Positions 17,594-28,115 of a DNA stretch of 64,000 nucleotides are shown one piece after another (within the stretch, counting starts at the first letter, position 1; every line of letters starts with the position of its first letter). The translations under genes and the position numbers were made by a program. The DNA is taken from the NCBI GenBank assembly GCA_009659925.1, contig PUXW01000008.1:3398-67397 (forward strand). The letters are read 5' to 3'. Under the pieces are notes generated by a model, which was not told where the DNA came from, ran no database searches, and was given only the letters and a program-made list of their open reading frames with translations. Origin of the DNA: Nitratiruptor sp. Lineage in GTDB: Bacteria; Campylobacterota; Campylobacteria; Campylobacterales; Nitratiruptoraceae.

Positions 17594-20135
17594 GGTTCGA
17601 ATCCACGAAATTGCCAAAGACCTCGGCCTCAAGAGCAAAGATGTCCTGGAGAAGGCCCAGGCCTTCGGGCTCAAAGTGAAGGCCCCCTCCAGCAGCGTCA
17701 CCCTCGAAGAGGCGGAGCGGTTGGTGGAGTTCATCATGAGCGGGGGAAGTGGAAGCGAGGCCCCGTCGCCCCAGGGGAAACCGGCCCCGAAGGTGGTCAA
17801 AAGAGAACAACCGCAGGAAGCTCTTCAAGAGGCTAGCGAAGAGCCCCTCAAGGCCGAAAGGGAAGGGAAAAGTACAGCTAGCTCTAAGAGTTCGAAACCA
17901 GAAGAGCCCAAAGAGTCTAAAGAGGAGCGACCTCAAGAGACGGAGCAAAGGAGTCCCCGGGAGCAGTTGCGCCGGCGCCGAGGGTTGGTGATCATCAAGA
18001 AGAAGCGCCAGAAACAGCCCCCAGAGCCTCCTAAAGAGGAGGTCAAGAGCGAACAGCCCCCCATGGAGTTGCGCCGCAAATCCAAGAAGGCCAAGAAGGC
18101 TCCAGCCACCCCGAAAAAAGAGGGGCAGCGGATCGAAATCGAGACCGGTATCGCCAATTTCAGCGACGAGATCGAAGAGCAGGTGGTCATTCTCCCAGAT
18201 TTTAGCGAGGAGCTGAACAAGATCGAGGAGGAAAGCAAACAGGAGCGCTCCAAACAGCAAGATACCCAGCGCCTCAAAGTAGCCCGCAAGAGCTTCTCCA
18301 TCGAGCAGCAGACCATCAGCCGTAGTACCAGGAAGAAGAAGCGGCGCAAGAAGGAGAGCAAAAGGGATACCCAGGTCAAGGTGGTGGAGATTCCAGAAGA
18401 GGTTCGGGTCTATGAATTTGCCGAGAAGGCGGGGCGGAGTGTTGCGGAGGTGATCAAGGTCCTCTTTAACCTGGGGATGATGGTCACCAAGAACGACTTC
18501 CTCGACAAGGAGACCATCGAGATCCTGGCGGAAGAGTTCGATTTGGAGGTCAAGATCAAGGATGTCCTCGAAGAGCTGGACTATGTGAAGGTGTATGACA
18601 GTATTGAGGATGACTACCTGGAGGAGCGTCCCCCTGTCATTACCATCATGGGCCATGTGGACCATGGGAAGACCTCCCTCTTGGATAAGATCCGCAGTTC
18701 CCGGATCGCCGAGCGGGAGGCTGGAGGAATTACCCAGCACATCGGCGCTTATATGGTCCAGCGAGGGGACAAGGCGATCACCTTCATCGACACCCCAGGC
18801 CACGAGGCCTTTACCCAGATGCGGGCCCGGGGGGCTCAAGCAACCGATATCGCCATTATCGTCGTAGCCGCAGATGATGGGGTCAAGCCCCAGACCGTCG
18901 AGGCGGTCAACCATGCCCGCAACGCCGAGGTTCCCATCATCGTCGCCATCAACAAGATCGATAAGCCTGAGGCCAACCCCGATCTGGTCAAGTCCCAGAT
19001 GGCCGAGCTTGGGATTACCCCCGCCGAGTGGGGGGGCGAGTATGAGTTCGTTCCGGTGAGTGCCAAAACGGGAGAGGGGATCGACGATCTGCTAGATACC
19101 ATTTTGCTCCAAGCCGAACTCATGGAGCTCAAGGCCAATCCGAAGCGGCGGGCCAAGGCGATCGTCATCGAAAGCTCCTTGGAAAAGGGGCGCGGACCTA
19201 CAGCTACGGTGATCGTCAAGAATGGGACCCTGCGGGTTGGGGACCATGTGGTATGCGGGATCGCCCATGGACGGGTACGGGCCATCATCGACGATATGGG
19301 GAAACAGATCAAGGAGCGCCGCCCCAGCGAACCTGGGATGGTAGTGGGACTCGACAAGGTGCCCCCAGCCGGAGAGATCCTCATTGCCGTGGAGAGTGCC
19401 GAGGAGGCCCGGATGTATGCGGAGCGGCGGGCCGAGTATGAGCGGCAAAAGGAGCTCAGCCGCACCACCAAAGTGGCCTCTTTGGAGGAGCTCAGCCAAC
19501 TGGTCAAAGAGGGCGAGCTGAAGAAGTTGCCTTTGATCATCAAAGCCGACACCCAGGGGAGTTTGGAGGCTATTCGCACCAGCTTGGAGAAGTTGCAAAA
19601 CGACGAGGTCAAGGTGGAGATCATCCATGCCGGCGTTGGGGCCATCAATGAGAGTGACGTCACCCTCGCCGATGCAAGCGACAACGCTATCATCCTGGGC
19701 TTTAATGTGCGTCCGACTGGAAGTGTCAAGGAGCGGGCTAAACAGCTGGGGGTCACCATCAAGACCTATTCCATCATCTACGACCTCATCGAGGAGGTCA
19801 AATCGATCCTCAGCGGCATGCTCTCTCCAATCATCAGGGAGGAGGTCATTGGGCAGGCCGAGGTCCGGGAGACCTTCAACATTCCCAAGGTCGGGACCGT
19901 TGCCGGATGTATGGTCATCGATGGAACGATCGAGCGCAATGCCAAGGCCCGGGTGATTCGGGACGGGGTGGTCATTTACGAGAGTGCCATCAGCTCCTTG
20001 AAGCGCTTCAAGGAGGATGTGCGGGAGGTTTCCAAAGGGTATGAGTGCGGTATGATGATCGAGAACTTCAACGACATCAAGGTGGGAGACATTATCGAGG
20101 CCTATAAGCAGATCGAAGAGGCTGCAAGTTTGTAG
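17583..20135 (+). CDS. infB: translation initiation factor IF-2
   Basis: K/E-rich N-terminal region and a GTPase core with '[12 protein letters not shown]', 'DTPGHEAF' and 'NKID'. Confidence 0.95.
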   Translation: MDDKVRIHEIAKDLGLKSKDVLEKAQAFGLKVKAPSSSVTLEEAERLVEFIMSGGSGSEAPSPQGKPAPKVVKREQPQEALQEASEEPLKAEREGKSTASSKSSKPEEPKESKEERPQETEQRSPREQLRRRRGLVIIKKKRQKQPPEPPKEEVKSEQPPMELRRKSKKAKKAPATPKKEGQRIEIETGIANFSDEIEEQVVILPDFSEELNKIEEESKQERSKQQDTQRLKVARKSFSIEQQTISRSTRKKKRRKKESKRDTQVKVVEIPEEVRVYEFAEKAGRSVAEVIKVLFNLGMMVTKNDFLDKETIEILAEEFDLEVKIKDVLEELDYVKVYDSIEDDYLEERPPVITIMGHVDHGKTSLLDKIRSSRIAEREAGGITQHIGAYMVQRGDKAITFIDTPGHEAFTQMRARGAQATDIAIIVVAADDGVKPQTVEAVNHARNAEVPIIVAINKIDKPEANPDLVKSQMAELGITPAEWGGEYEFVPVSAKTGEGIDDLLDTILLQAELMELKANPKRRAKAIVIESSLEKGRGPTATVIVKNGTLRVGDHVVCGIAHGRVRAIIDDMGKQIKERRPSEPGMVVGLDKVPPAGEILIAVESAEEARMYAERRAEYERQKELSRTTKVASLEELSQLVKEGELKKLPLIIKADTQGSLEAIRTSLEKLQNDEVKVEIIHAGVGAINESDVTLADASDNAIILGFNVRPTGSVKERAKQLGVTIKTYSIIYDLIEEVKSILSGMLSPIIREEVIGQAEVRETFNIPKVGTVAGCMVIDGTIERNAKARVIRDGVVIYESAISSLKRFKEDVREVSKGYECGMMIENFNDIKVGDIIEAYKQIEEAASL

Positions 20136-20143
20136 GAGGGGCG

Positions 20144-20518
20144 ATGGGACGATCTCCTGGACTCAAAGAGAAACGGGCCGCCTCCCTCTTACGGGAGCTC
20201 ATCAGCGAGGCCTTGGGTACCCTCAACGATGAGCGGCTCCAGGGGCTGACCGTCACCGAGGTCGATGTGAAGCGGGGGCTCTACGACGCCGATGTCTATC
20301 TGGACCAGTCGATATTTACCCCCGAAGAGCGTAAAGCCATTCTCAAACAGCTCAAACGGGCAGCTCCCATCATCCAGAGCTATTGCCTTGAGGCCAGTGG
20401 CTGGTTCAAATGTCCCAAGCTCCATTTCCACTTCGACGAACAGCTGGCCCAGCAGCAGCGTATGGAGGAGCTCTTTGCCAAGATAAGGGAAGAGGATGCA
20501 TCTGGAAAACGAGATTAA
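20144..20518 (+). CDS. rbfA: ribosome-binding factor A
   Basis: Position after infB, size (124 aa) and the 'VTEVDVKRGLYDADVY' RbfA-like core. Confidence 0.85.
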   Translation: MGRSPGLKEKRAASLLRELISEALGTLNDERLQGLTVTEVDVKRGLYDADVYLDQSIFTPEERKAILKQLKRAAPIIQSYCLEASGWFKCPKLHFHFDEQLAQQQRMEELFAKIREEDASGKRD

Positions 20519-20924
20519 AAAGATCGTCGAATCGTGTGGAGCCAAGCTCTACGATATCGAGACCCTCACCGAGCGGGGAAAAACCATCTATCGGGTGACC
20601 ATCACCGCTCCCAAGGGGGTCGATTTGGAGCAGTGTGCCACCATCTCCAACCTCATCTCCCCCCTCCTGGATGTCCATCCACCCATCGAGGGGGAGTACC
20701 ATCTGGAGGTGAGCTCCCCTGGAATCGAGCGTAAACTCAAGAAACCCAACCATTTCCAAAACTCCACTGGGGAGCAGGTGCGGATCCAAACCGTCGATGG
20801 TGAGAGTATCCAAGGGACCTTGGTCCATGCCGACGAGTCGAAGATCCAGGTCGATACGGAAGCTGGAAAGCGAACGATTGGATACGATGAGATCGCCGGG
20901 GCCAAAACCTACTTTGAATGGTAG
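20496..20924 (+). CDS. rimP: ribosome maturation factor RimP
   Basis: 'LEVSSPGIERKLKK' RimP signature; 142 aa. Confidence 0.8.
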   Translation: MHLENEIKKIVESCGAKLYDIETLTERGKTIYRVTITAPKGVDLEQCATISNLISPLLDVHPPIEGEYHLEVSSPGIERKLKKPNHFQNSTGEQVRIQTVDGESIQGTLVHADESKIQVDTEAGKRTIGYDEIAGAKTYFEW

Positions 20925-21925
20925 ACTTCGACCGCTTCTACATGCAGGCTGCCCTGGATGAAGCGTGGAAATACCAGCTCCTCACCTACCCTAACCCCGC
21001 AGTTGGCGCAGCGGTAGTCAAAGATGGGCGGCTCTTGAGTATCGCGGCCCACCAGGAGGCTGGCCAGCCTCACGCAGAAGTGTTGGCCCTCAAGGAGGCC
21101 TACTACCTCCTCACCAAGGATGAGCAGATCCTCCACATCCACGACCCCCTCCACCTGCACAACTACCTCTCCACCCACGCTGGAACCCTCTTTTGGGGGG
21201 CGACGATCTACATCACCCTAGAGCCCTGTTTCCACTACGGCAAGACCCCTCCCTGCTCCTTGCTCATCAAGGAGCTTGGCCTCACCCGGGTGGTCATCGC
21301 CACCCTCGATCCCAATCCCAAAGCCAGTGGTGGGGCCGCCTACTTGCGCCAAAAAGGGATTGAGGTGGAGGTGGGGATCTGCCAGGAGGAGGCCCAGTGG
21401 CTCTTGGAGCCCTTCATCAAGTGGAGCAAGGCTACCTTCGTCCTCTTCAAACTGGCCCAACACCTCAATGGGGTCATCACCGGAGGGACCATCTCCTCCC
21501 TGGCTTCCCGGGAGCTGGTCCATAAACTCCGGAGCAAGATCGACCTCCTCGTCATTGGTGGTTCGACGGTGCGTATCGACAAGCCCACCCTCGATGCCCG
21601 TCTCGTTGGGGGAAGGGCACCGGATGTCCTCATCTACTCGAAATCCTCCAAAAAGCGGTTCAACCCCAAAATCCCCCTCTTCCACGTAGCTGGACGCACG
21701 GTCTATATCGAGGATCGCCTCGATCGGATTTGGGAGCACCGCTTCGTCATGATCGAGGGTGGAGAGGGGATGCTCGAGGCGACCCGGGGCATTGTGGACT
21801 GGTATATGTGGTTCATCGCTCCCACCCTCCACAGGGATCAAAACTACCAACTGGACAAGAGACTCACATTTTTGAAATCTCGACCGATAGAAAGAGACCT
21901 ACTCATTTGGAGTCGCAATGGATAA
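20918..21925 (+). CDS. ribD: bifunctional riboflavin biosynthesis deaminase/reductase
   Basis: 'PNPAVGAAVV', 'HAEVLAL' and 'TLEPCFHYGKTPPC' CMP/dCMP-deaminase zinc motifs, plus a reductase C-terminal half. Confidence 0.85.
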   Translation: MVDFDRFYMQAALDEAWKYQLLTYPNPAVGAAVVKDGRLLSIAAHQEAGQPHAEVLALKEAYYLLTKDEQILHIHDPLHLHNYLSTHAGTLFWGATIYITLEPCFHYGKTPPCSLLIKELGLTRVVIATLDPNPKASGGAAYLRQKGIEVEVGICQEEAQWLLEPFIKWSKATFVLFKLAQHLNGVITGGTISSLASRELVHKLRSKIDLLVIGGSTVRIDKPTLDARLVGGRAPDVLIYSKSSKKRFNPKIPLFHVAGRTVYIEDRLDRIWEHRFVMIEGGEGMLEATRGIVDWYMWFIAPTLHRDQNYQLDKRLTFLKSRPIERDLLIWSRNG

Positions 21926-22634
21926 CAAACAGCAAGAGATCGTCTCGATGTTTGACCGGATCGCTAAGAGCTATGATTTGACCAATCGGGTCTTGAGTTT
22001 TGGCAGCGACCTCCTCTGGCGCAAGGAGGCGTGCCGTTTGGCCTATCGCCTTGCCGGCAAGGAGGATATCGAGAAAATCGTCGATGTAGCCTGTGGCACG
22101 GGGGATATGCTCCGCTTCTGGGCAGAAGAGGCCAAGAGGGCTCGAATCCGGATAGGTGAGCTCATCGGGGTCGATCCCTCGGCCAACATGCTCGCAATTG
22201 CCCGGCGCAAACTTCCCCAGGCCACCTTCATCCAGGGTTACGCCCAGCAGCTCCCCTTGGAGGGGGGGCAGGCCGATCTGGTAAGTATCACCTACGGGAT
22301 CCGCAATGTGACCCAGCGGCTCCAGGCCCTCCAGGAGTTTTACCGAATCCTCAAGCCCGGAGGCCTCCTGCTCATCCTCGAATTTACCAAGCGCCCCCGC
22401 ACCACCCCCTTGGATCGTCTGGTGGAGTGGTACATGAAGGGGATCTTGCCCAAGGTCGGCGGTCTGCTCTCTGGCAATTTCGAGGCCTACCGCTACTTGC
22501 CGGATTCTATCGACCACTTCCTCACCACCCAGCAGCTCCTTGAGGAGCTGGAAAGGAGCGGTTTTACCCCCCTCAAGACCAAGAGCTTTGCCTTTGGAGT
22601 CTCCACCCTCTTCATAGCCCGCAAAGATGGTTAA
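21918..22634 (+). CDS. ubiE: demethylmenaquinone/ubiquinone C-methyltransferase
   Basis: 'MFDRIAKSYDLTNRVLSFG' and 'VDVACGTGDM' SAM motifs. Confidence 0.85.
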   Translation: MDNKQQEIVSMFDRIAKSYDLTNRVLSFGSDLLWRKEACRLAYRLAGKEDIEKIVDVACGTGDMLRFWAEEAKRARIRIGELIGVDPSANMLAIARRKLPQATFIQGYAQQLPLEGGQADLVSITYGIRNVTQRLQALQEFYRILKPGGLLLILEFTKRPRTTPLDRLVEWYMKGILPKVGGLLSGNFEAYRYLPDSIDHFLTTQQLLEELERSGFTPLKTKSFAFGVSTLFIARKDG

Positions 22635-25600
22635 GCGTCCCAGACTCAATCCCAAACTCCTCCTTGCTATCGTCCTCCCCGCCTTTGGCCTCCTCTACTT
22701 TGCCACCGACTCCCTACTTGCCAGTTACCACAACTTCCAGCGGGCCCGGGCCCTTGGGGAGAAGAACGCTTACCTGGCTAGGGCGACTACGCTGATTCGA
22801 GAGCTCCAGCGGGAGCGGGATATCGCCTTGCGTCTGTTAGATGATCCAAGCCTTTTACAATCCTTTCGCAAACAGCAAGAGAGCAGCGACAGGGTGATAA
22901 AGGGTTACCAGGCCATCCTCTTACGCTCCATTCCCTCCAAGGAGCAGATCCGCTCCATCTTGCAAAAGCTCCACCAGCTCCCGGCCCTGCGCAAGGAGGC
23001 CCACCGCAGCAGCTGGGAGGCCCTCTATCGCAGTTACAGCCAGCTCATCCAGGCCATTTTGGCCACCTTCCTTCCCCTCGAAGCCCTCTACGCCGCCAAT
23101 CCCAACCTCTTCACCCACTACCAGTCCCTCCTGGCCTTGTTGGAGACCATCGAGTGGGCCATCCGGGCCAGGGATTTGGGGAGTTCCCCCACCTTCCTCC
23201 AAGATCCCCGACACCAGGAGGTTTTGCGTCAGATCGATCTGGAATATCGCAAGGCCAAGGAGCGCTTCCTCAACGTCGCCTCCCCCCAGATCCTCCTGCT
23301 CTACAACCGCCTCCTCTCCCAAGGACTTGAGCGCCAGTTCCAAGAGGCCAAGGCCCGCCTTTTGGCCAATCCCCAATCCTACCCTCGTTGGCGCCTTGTG
23401 GCAACCCGCTATGTCGAGGCTCTCTACACCCTGGAGCGGGCTATCTTCAAGGGGCTCTCCCACCAGGTCCAAAAGCTCCAGGAGAGGGAGAGCCTTGCCC
23501 TTTTGCTGACCTCCTTGCTCTGGATCGCTTCCATTGGGGCCTTCCTCTGGCTGGTTGGAACCATCAAACGGCTCTTCAACCACTTCGAAAACCTCTTCGA
23601 GCGCTTGAAGCAGGAGCAGATCTTCTACAAGACCCTGGCCCAGTTCTCCGAGCAGGTCCTCTTTGCCCAGAACCTCAACGCCCTGGTTAACATCTATGCC
23701 ATCTACCTCTTCAAGACAGGCCTCTTCGAGTACCTCTTCCTCGTGGACGAGCGCAACAATCCCGTAGTCGCCGAGGGGATCTCCATCCAGCAGATCAAGG
23801 AGGAGATCCTACACACCATCGAGCGGGGATTAGCCCAAGTCAAGGCCAAGAAGCGCCACCTCATCTTCACCACCGCCCAGCGCCACCAGGTCCTCCTCTT
23901 GCCCATCATCCAGGGGGAAAGGCTCCTGTATATCAGCGTCCTCTTCTTACGCTCCCAGGGGATCTCCCACGAGTTCATCCTCGATCTGGCTACCAAGATG
24001 GACGAGCACTTCCTCTTCGCCTACCGCTTCCTCCAGGCCCGGGAGGAGCGGGAGGCCCTCCAACGAGAATTGGAGCTCTTGCGTTACGCCTTCGACGCCC
24101 AAGAGGCCATCACCATTACCGACCATACGGGACGCATCATCAAGGTCAACCGGGCCTTCGAGCGCATCACCGGCTACAAGGAGGCCGAAGTCCTTGGGAA
24201 AAACCCCAACATCCTCAAGTCCGGACGCCACGATCAGGAGTTCTATCGTCAAATGTGGGCGACCATCAAAGAGGAGGGCCATTGGAAAGGGGAGATCTAC
24301 AACAAGCGTAAGGATGGCTCCATCTACCCCGAGCTCCTCTCCATTAGCGCCATCAAGGATGCCCAGGGCAACACGACCCACTATATCGCCCACTTCTTCG
24401 ATATCAGCGAGCTCAAAGCGGCCCAGGAGAGCATCGAGTTTAGCGCCAACCACGACCTCTTGACCCACTTTTTTAACCGCAAACGCTTCATCGAGGAGCT
24501 TGAAACGATCTACAAGGAGGCCCGCCGCCAGGGGCGGCTGGGGGCTCTCTTCTACATCGACATCGACGATTTCAAGTACATCAACGACACCTATGGCCAC
24601 GACGTTGGGGACCAGCTCCTCAAAGCCTTTGCCGCTAGGCTGCACCAGCTCGCTGGTCCGGAGGATATCCTGGCCCGCCTTGGGGGGGATGAGTTTGCCC
24701 TTATCGTCCCGGCCCTCGCCTTCGACCAGCAAGAGGCCGCCCAGCGGGCCATCGCCATCGCCAAGAGGATCCTCCAGAGCTTCTCCAAGCCCCTTGCCAT
24801 CGAGGATCGCCTCTTCGAGATCTCCCTTTCCATTGGCATTGCCCTCTTTCCCCAACGGGAGCGGGACGCCAAGGAGCTCATCACCAACGCCGACATTGCC
24901 ATGTACCATGCCAAGCGAAATGGCAAGAACCAGTTTGTCCTCTTCGACGAGCGGCTCGACCACGCCTCCAAGGAGTACCTCATCATCAAGCAAGATCTGG
25001 AGCGGGCCCTCAAGGAGGGAGAGCTCTTCCTGGTCTACCAGCCCAAGGTACGCATCAAGGATAGTGCCATCGTCGGCTTCGAGGCCCTGTTGCGCTGGAA
25101 CCATCCCAGCAAGGGGATCCTCACCCCCAACCGCTTCCTCTTTGCCGCCCAGGGAAATCGGCTTGGATTTGAGATCGATCGCTTCGTCTTGGAGGAGAGC
25201 TGTAGAATGATCCGCCGCCTTGGGTATCGCTACCCCATTAGCGTCAACATCTCCGCCGAGCAGTTTAATAACAACAGCTTCCTCCAACGCATGGGCGATC
25301 TCTTAGCCCACTGGCCCAAGGAGCGGGAGCTTCTGGAGTTCGAGATCGTGGAGGATGCCCTGGTGAAGGATCTCAAACGGGCCAAGGAGATCATCGCCCA
25401 GCTCAAGGAGTTGGGGATCTCCTTTAGCATCGACGATTTTGGGATCGGCTACTCCTCCTTGAGCTACTTGGAGCAGTTGGATGTAGAGGCCCTCAAGATC
25501 GACCGCTCCTTTATCCTCAACATCTTCGAACCTCGCAAGCGGGAGATTGTACGGCTTATCCTCCAAACCTCCAAGATCTTCGACATGATCTGTATCGCCG

Positions 25601-25746
25601 AAGGGGTCGAAAACAGCCGCATCCTCAAGCTCTTGGAGGAGATGGGCTTCGAATATTACCAGGGCTACTACTTTAGTCGCCCAATCCCACAAGAGGAGGT
25701 ACTCCGCCTTGTCCAGCAGCAGAGCCATTCCACTCTCTCAGCTTAG
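22627..25746 (+). CDS. membrane-bound NIT-like sensor / PAS / GGDEF / EAL protein
   Basis: TM1, then a ~260-aa helical periplasmic domain with 'LIRELQRERDIALRLL' (NIT-type LQxER motif, 22792-22821), then TM2. PAS follows ('ITITDHTGRIIKVNRAFERITGY'), then an intact GGDEF (24682-24696) and an intact EAL (25081-25089). Confidence 0.85.
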   Translation: MVKRPRLNPKLLLAIVLPAFGLLYFATDSLLASYHNFQRARALGEKNAYLARATTLIRELQRERDIALRLLDDPSLLQSFRKQQESSDRVIKGYQAILLRSIPSKEQIRSILQKLHQLPALRKEAHRSSWEALYRSYSQLIQAILATFLPLEALYAANPNLFTHYQSLLALLETIEWAIRARDLGSSPTFLQDPRHQEVLRQIDLEYRKAKERFLNVASPQILLLYNRLLSQGLERQFQEAKARLLANPQSYPRWRLVATRYVEALYTLERAIFKGLSHQVQKLQERESLALLLTSLLWIASIGAFLWLVGTIKRLFNHFENLFERLKQEQIFYKTLAQFSEQVLFAQNLNALVNIYAIYLFKTGLFEYLFLVDERNNPVVAEGISIQQIKEEILHTIERGLAQVKAKKRHLIFTTAQRHQVLLLPIIQGERLLYISVLFLRSQGISHEFILDLATKMDEHFLFAYRFLQAREEREALQRELELLRYAFDAQEAITITDHTGRIIKVNRAFERITGYKEAEVLGKNPNILKSGRHDQEFYRQMWATIKEEGHWKGEIYNKRKDGSIYPELLSISAIKDAQGNTTHYIAHFFDISELKAAQESIEFSANHDLLTHFFNRKRFIEELETIYKEARRQGRLGALFYIDIDDFKYINDTYGHDVGDQLLKAFAARLHQLAGPEDILARLGGDEFALIVPALAFDQQEAAQRAIAIAKRILQSFSKPLAIEDRLFEISLSIGIALFPQRERDAKELITNADIAMYHAKRNGKNQFVLFDERLDHASKEYLIIKQDLERALKEGELFLVYQPKVRIKDSAIVGFEALLRWNHPSKGILTPNRFLFAAQGNRLGFEIDRFVLEESCRMIRRLGYRYPISVNISAEQFNNNSFLQRMGDLLAHWPKERELLEFEIVEDALVKDLKRAKEIIAQLKELGISFSIDDFGIGYSSLSYLEQLDVEALKIDRSFILNIFEPRKREIVRLILQTSKIFDMICIAEGVENSRILKLLEEMGFEYYQGYYFSRPIPQEEVLRLVQQQSHSTLSA

Positions 25747-26887
25747 CAACCAGCTCCAAGAGCTCGTAAGCAGCCACTATCCCGATACCATCGCCGTTTC
25801 GGGGGAGGTTAGCGGGCGTATCGTACGCTCCAAAAGGAACCACCTCTACTTCCACCTCCAAGAGGGTGAGGCGAGTATGCAGGTGGTCTTCTTCAACGCT
25901 CCCAAACTCACCCTCCAGGAGGGGGACCGGGTCGTCGTCCATGGGAGGGTGGGTTACTACCAGGCCCGGGGGAGCTGTCAGCTCATCGCCTCCCAGATCG
26001 TCTCCCATGGGATAGGGGAGGCTTACGCCAAGTTGGAGAAGTTGAAGCAGCACCTCGAAGCCCAGGGGCTTTTGCATCGCAAACGCCCCCTTCCCCGCTT
26101 TATTCGCTCCCTTGCTCTCGTCACCTCCAAAAAGGGAGCCGCCTTGGCCGATATGGTTACCATCGCCTCCAAACGCTTCCCCCTGGTCAAGCTCTATCTC
26201 GTCGACACCTTGGTCCAGGGAGATGGAGCTCCGGAAGAGATTGCCCGGGCTATAGCCGTCGCCGACGGCCTTGGAGTCGATGCCATCGTTCTTGCCCGGG
26301 GTGGTGGGAGCAGACTCGATCTAGCCGCTTTCGATGATGAGCGGGTCTTGGAAGCTATCCTCCGGGCTCGAACTCCCATTGTCTCGGCCATCGGTCATGC
26401 TAGCGACACCTCCTTGAGTGATCTGGTAGCCGATGCCACGGCGCCCACCCCCAGTGGGGCGATGGAGCTACTCCTTCCAGAGATCGAAGAGTTTCTTGAG
26501 ACCATCTCCGTCACCAAAAGGACCCTTACCCAGCAGATCCAGCAGCGAATCTACCTAGCTGGAGAAGAGGTTGCTAGAATCGCTACGGGCCTTGAGAGGC
26601 TCCATCCTCGAAGGCAACTGGAGCAGAAGGGAGAGGAGATCCCTCAAATTGGTGTTCGATTGCATCGGAGGATGGAGGCCCTCTTGCAAGAGCGACGGGC
26701 TCGACTCACCCAGATGGAGCAGGCTTTGAAGCGAGCTTGGGAGGCACGCCAGAGGGAGGCGGCCCGCTGTATTCAACTCTTCAAGGAAAATCACCCCGTC
26801 ACCCTTTCCCAGTTGGCCCCAGGGGATCGGGTGGAGCTGCGGGGCCAGGGGAGAGTCCTTTATGCGGTTATCACCGATGCGCCCTAA
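25709..26887 (+). CDS. xseA: exodeoxyribonuclease VII large subunit
   Basis: OB-fold N-terminus, catalytic 'ARGGGS' segment and a coiled-coil C-terminus; 392 aa. Confidence 0.85.
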   Translation: MSSSRAIPLSQLSNQLQELVSSHYPDTIAVSGEVSGRIVRSKRNHLYFHLQEGEASMQVVFFNAPKLTLQEGDRVVVHGRVGYYQARGSCQLIASQIVSHGIGEAYAKLEKLKQHLEAQGLLHRKRPLPRFIRSLALVTSKKGAALADMVTIASKRFPLVKLYLVDTLVQGDGAPEEIARAIAVADGLGVDAIVLARGGGSRLDLAAFDDERVLEAILRARTPIVSAIGHASDTSLSDLVADATAPTPSGAMELLLPEIEEFLETISVTKRTLTQQIQQRIYLAGEEVARIATGLERLHPRRQLEQKGEEIPQIGVRLHRRMEALLQERRARLTQMEQALKRAWEARQREAARCIQLFKENHPVTLSQLAPGDRVELRGQGRVLYAVITDAP

Positions 26888-27260
26888 GCTCTTTGTCTAT
26901 GGGACCCTCAAACGGGGGCTGGCCAACCACCACTTCCTCCATCAAGCTACCTATCTCGGCCAGGCCCACACCCTCGACCCTTATCCTCTCATCGCCCCAA
27001 AACGGATCTACCCCTACCTCATCGATGCACCGGGGGAGGGCCATCTGGTCCGGGGAGAGCTCTACCAGATCGATCTGGCTACCCTCAAACAGATCGATCG
27101 CCTTGAGGAGTACCCCACCTACTATACCCGCAAGCTCATTCCCATCCTCGATTCTCAAGGAGACCTCCACGAAGCGTGGACCTACTTTCTGGCCCGCCCC
27201 ATTCCCTACCGCCGCTTTCCCTTCCTAAAAGAGTTTCCCCCCAAGCAAGAGGGCGGCTAG
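26877..27260 (+). CDS. gamma-glutamylcyclotransferase (AIG2/GGACT-like)
   Basis: 'LFVYGTLKRG' N-terminal motif and 'RGELY' later. Start set at MRPKLF. Confidence 0.7.
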   Translation: MRPKLFVYGTLKRGLANHHFLHQATYLGQAHTLDPYPLIAPKRIYPYLIDAPGEGHLVRGELYQIDLATLKQIDRLEEYPTYYTRKLIPILDSQGDLHEAWTYFLARPIPYRRFPFLKEFPPKQEGG

Positions 27261-28115
27261 CTGGGAGGCGGTCTGGGTAGTGAGCTCTTTGAAGAGCTCT
27301 TCCAGTTTGGAAGGACGTTTCCAGACGGGCTTTTTGACCTTGGCCAGCCGGACCAACTCCTTTTTGGCCACATCGATAGTTCCCACCAGGTCGACGAGGC
27401 CTACCTCCTTGGCCTGGCGGGCCGTGAAGATGTGGGCATCGGCGAAGGTGTGGCGATCTTCGTAGCGGAGCCCTCTGGCTTGGCAGACCTCCCGGACGAA
27501 CTGGTCGTAGGTATCCTGGATCACCTTTTCGATCTCGGCCCGCTCGTAGGGCTTCCATGGCCGAAAGGGGGTTCCAACCTCCTTGTAACGCCCGGCCTTG
27601 ACCACTTGGGGTTGGACGCCGATTTTATCCAGCAGCTCCTTGATGACCGGCGTCTCGAAGATAACCCCGATGGAGCCTACAATCGCTCCTGGGTTGGCGA
27701 CGATCTTGTTGCTCCAAATCGCCGCATAATAGCCTCCGCTGGCCAGAGTTCCAGCCCCGTAGACGACCACAGGCTTCTTGGCCCGGAGTCGCTTGATGGC
27801 CCGGGCAATTTCGATGGAGGGAGCGACTCCGCCTCCGGGAGAGTCGATGACGAAGAGGACCCCTTTGTACTGGGGTTTTGCGGCCTCATTGATCTCTCGC
27901 AGGAGCCCTTCCCAGTCGAGGATAGCCCCTTGGAGTTTGATGGTGATGAGGTTGGGCTGGACCATACCCTCTTTGGGGATGGCGGCGAGAAGGAAGAGGA
28001 GGAGCAAGAGGAGGAGAATCCCCTTGAAGTAGTTTTGGAGGAAGCCGACGAGGGCGGTGAAGGGGAAGAAGAGATTTGCAAGGAAGGTGCGAATCCCCCC
28101 TCTCCTATTTTCCAT
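27225..28115 (-). CDS. sppA: signal peptide peptidase SppA (36K type)
   Basis: N-terminal TM, 'VLFVIDSPGGGV', 'ASGGYY' (Ser nucleophile region) and 'GSIGV' motifs. Confidence 0.85.
   Translation of the reverse strand: MENRRGGIRTFLANLFFPFTALVGFLQNYFKGILLLLLLLFLLAAIPKEGMVQPNLITIKLQGAILDWEGLLREINEAAKPQYKGVLFVIDSPGGGVAPSIEIARAIKRLRAKKPVVVYGAGTLASGGYYAAIWSNKIVANPGAIVGSIGVIFETPVIKELLDKIGVQPQVVKAGRYKEVGTPFRPWKPYERAEIEKVIQDTYDQFVREVCQARGLRYEDRHTFADAHIFTARQAKEVGLVDLVGTIDVAKKELVRLAKVKKPVWKRPSKLEELFKELTTQTASQLAALLLGGKLF

Noticed and set aside
17583-18400. Highly repetitive K/E/P/Q-rich coding segment in infB, and similar tails in the VWA/TPR protein (1240-1530)
   Set aside because: This is the typical low-complexity N-terminal region of IF-2 and a charged tail of a Bat-like protein. 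It is not an independent element.
17577-18914. 445-aa minus-strand ORF antisense to the 5' half of infB
   Set aside because: It mirrors the low-complexity K/E-rich IF-2 N-terminus as Leu/Phe/Gly-rich text, and infB is unambiguous.
23947-25287. 446-aa minus-strand ORF antisense to the PAS/GGDEF/EAL region
   Set aside because: It is a shadow ORF. The plus-strand frame contains intact PAS, GGDEF and EAL motifs.
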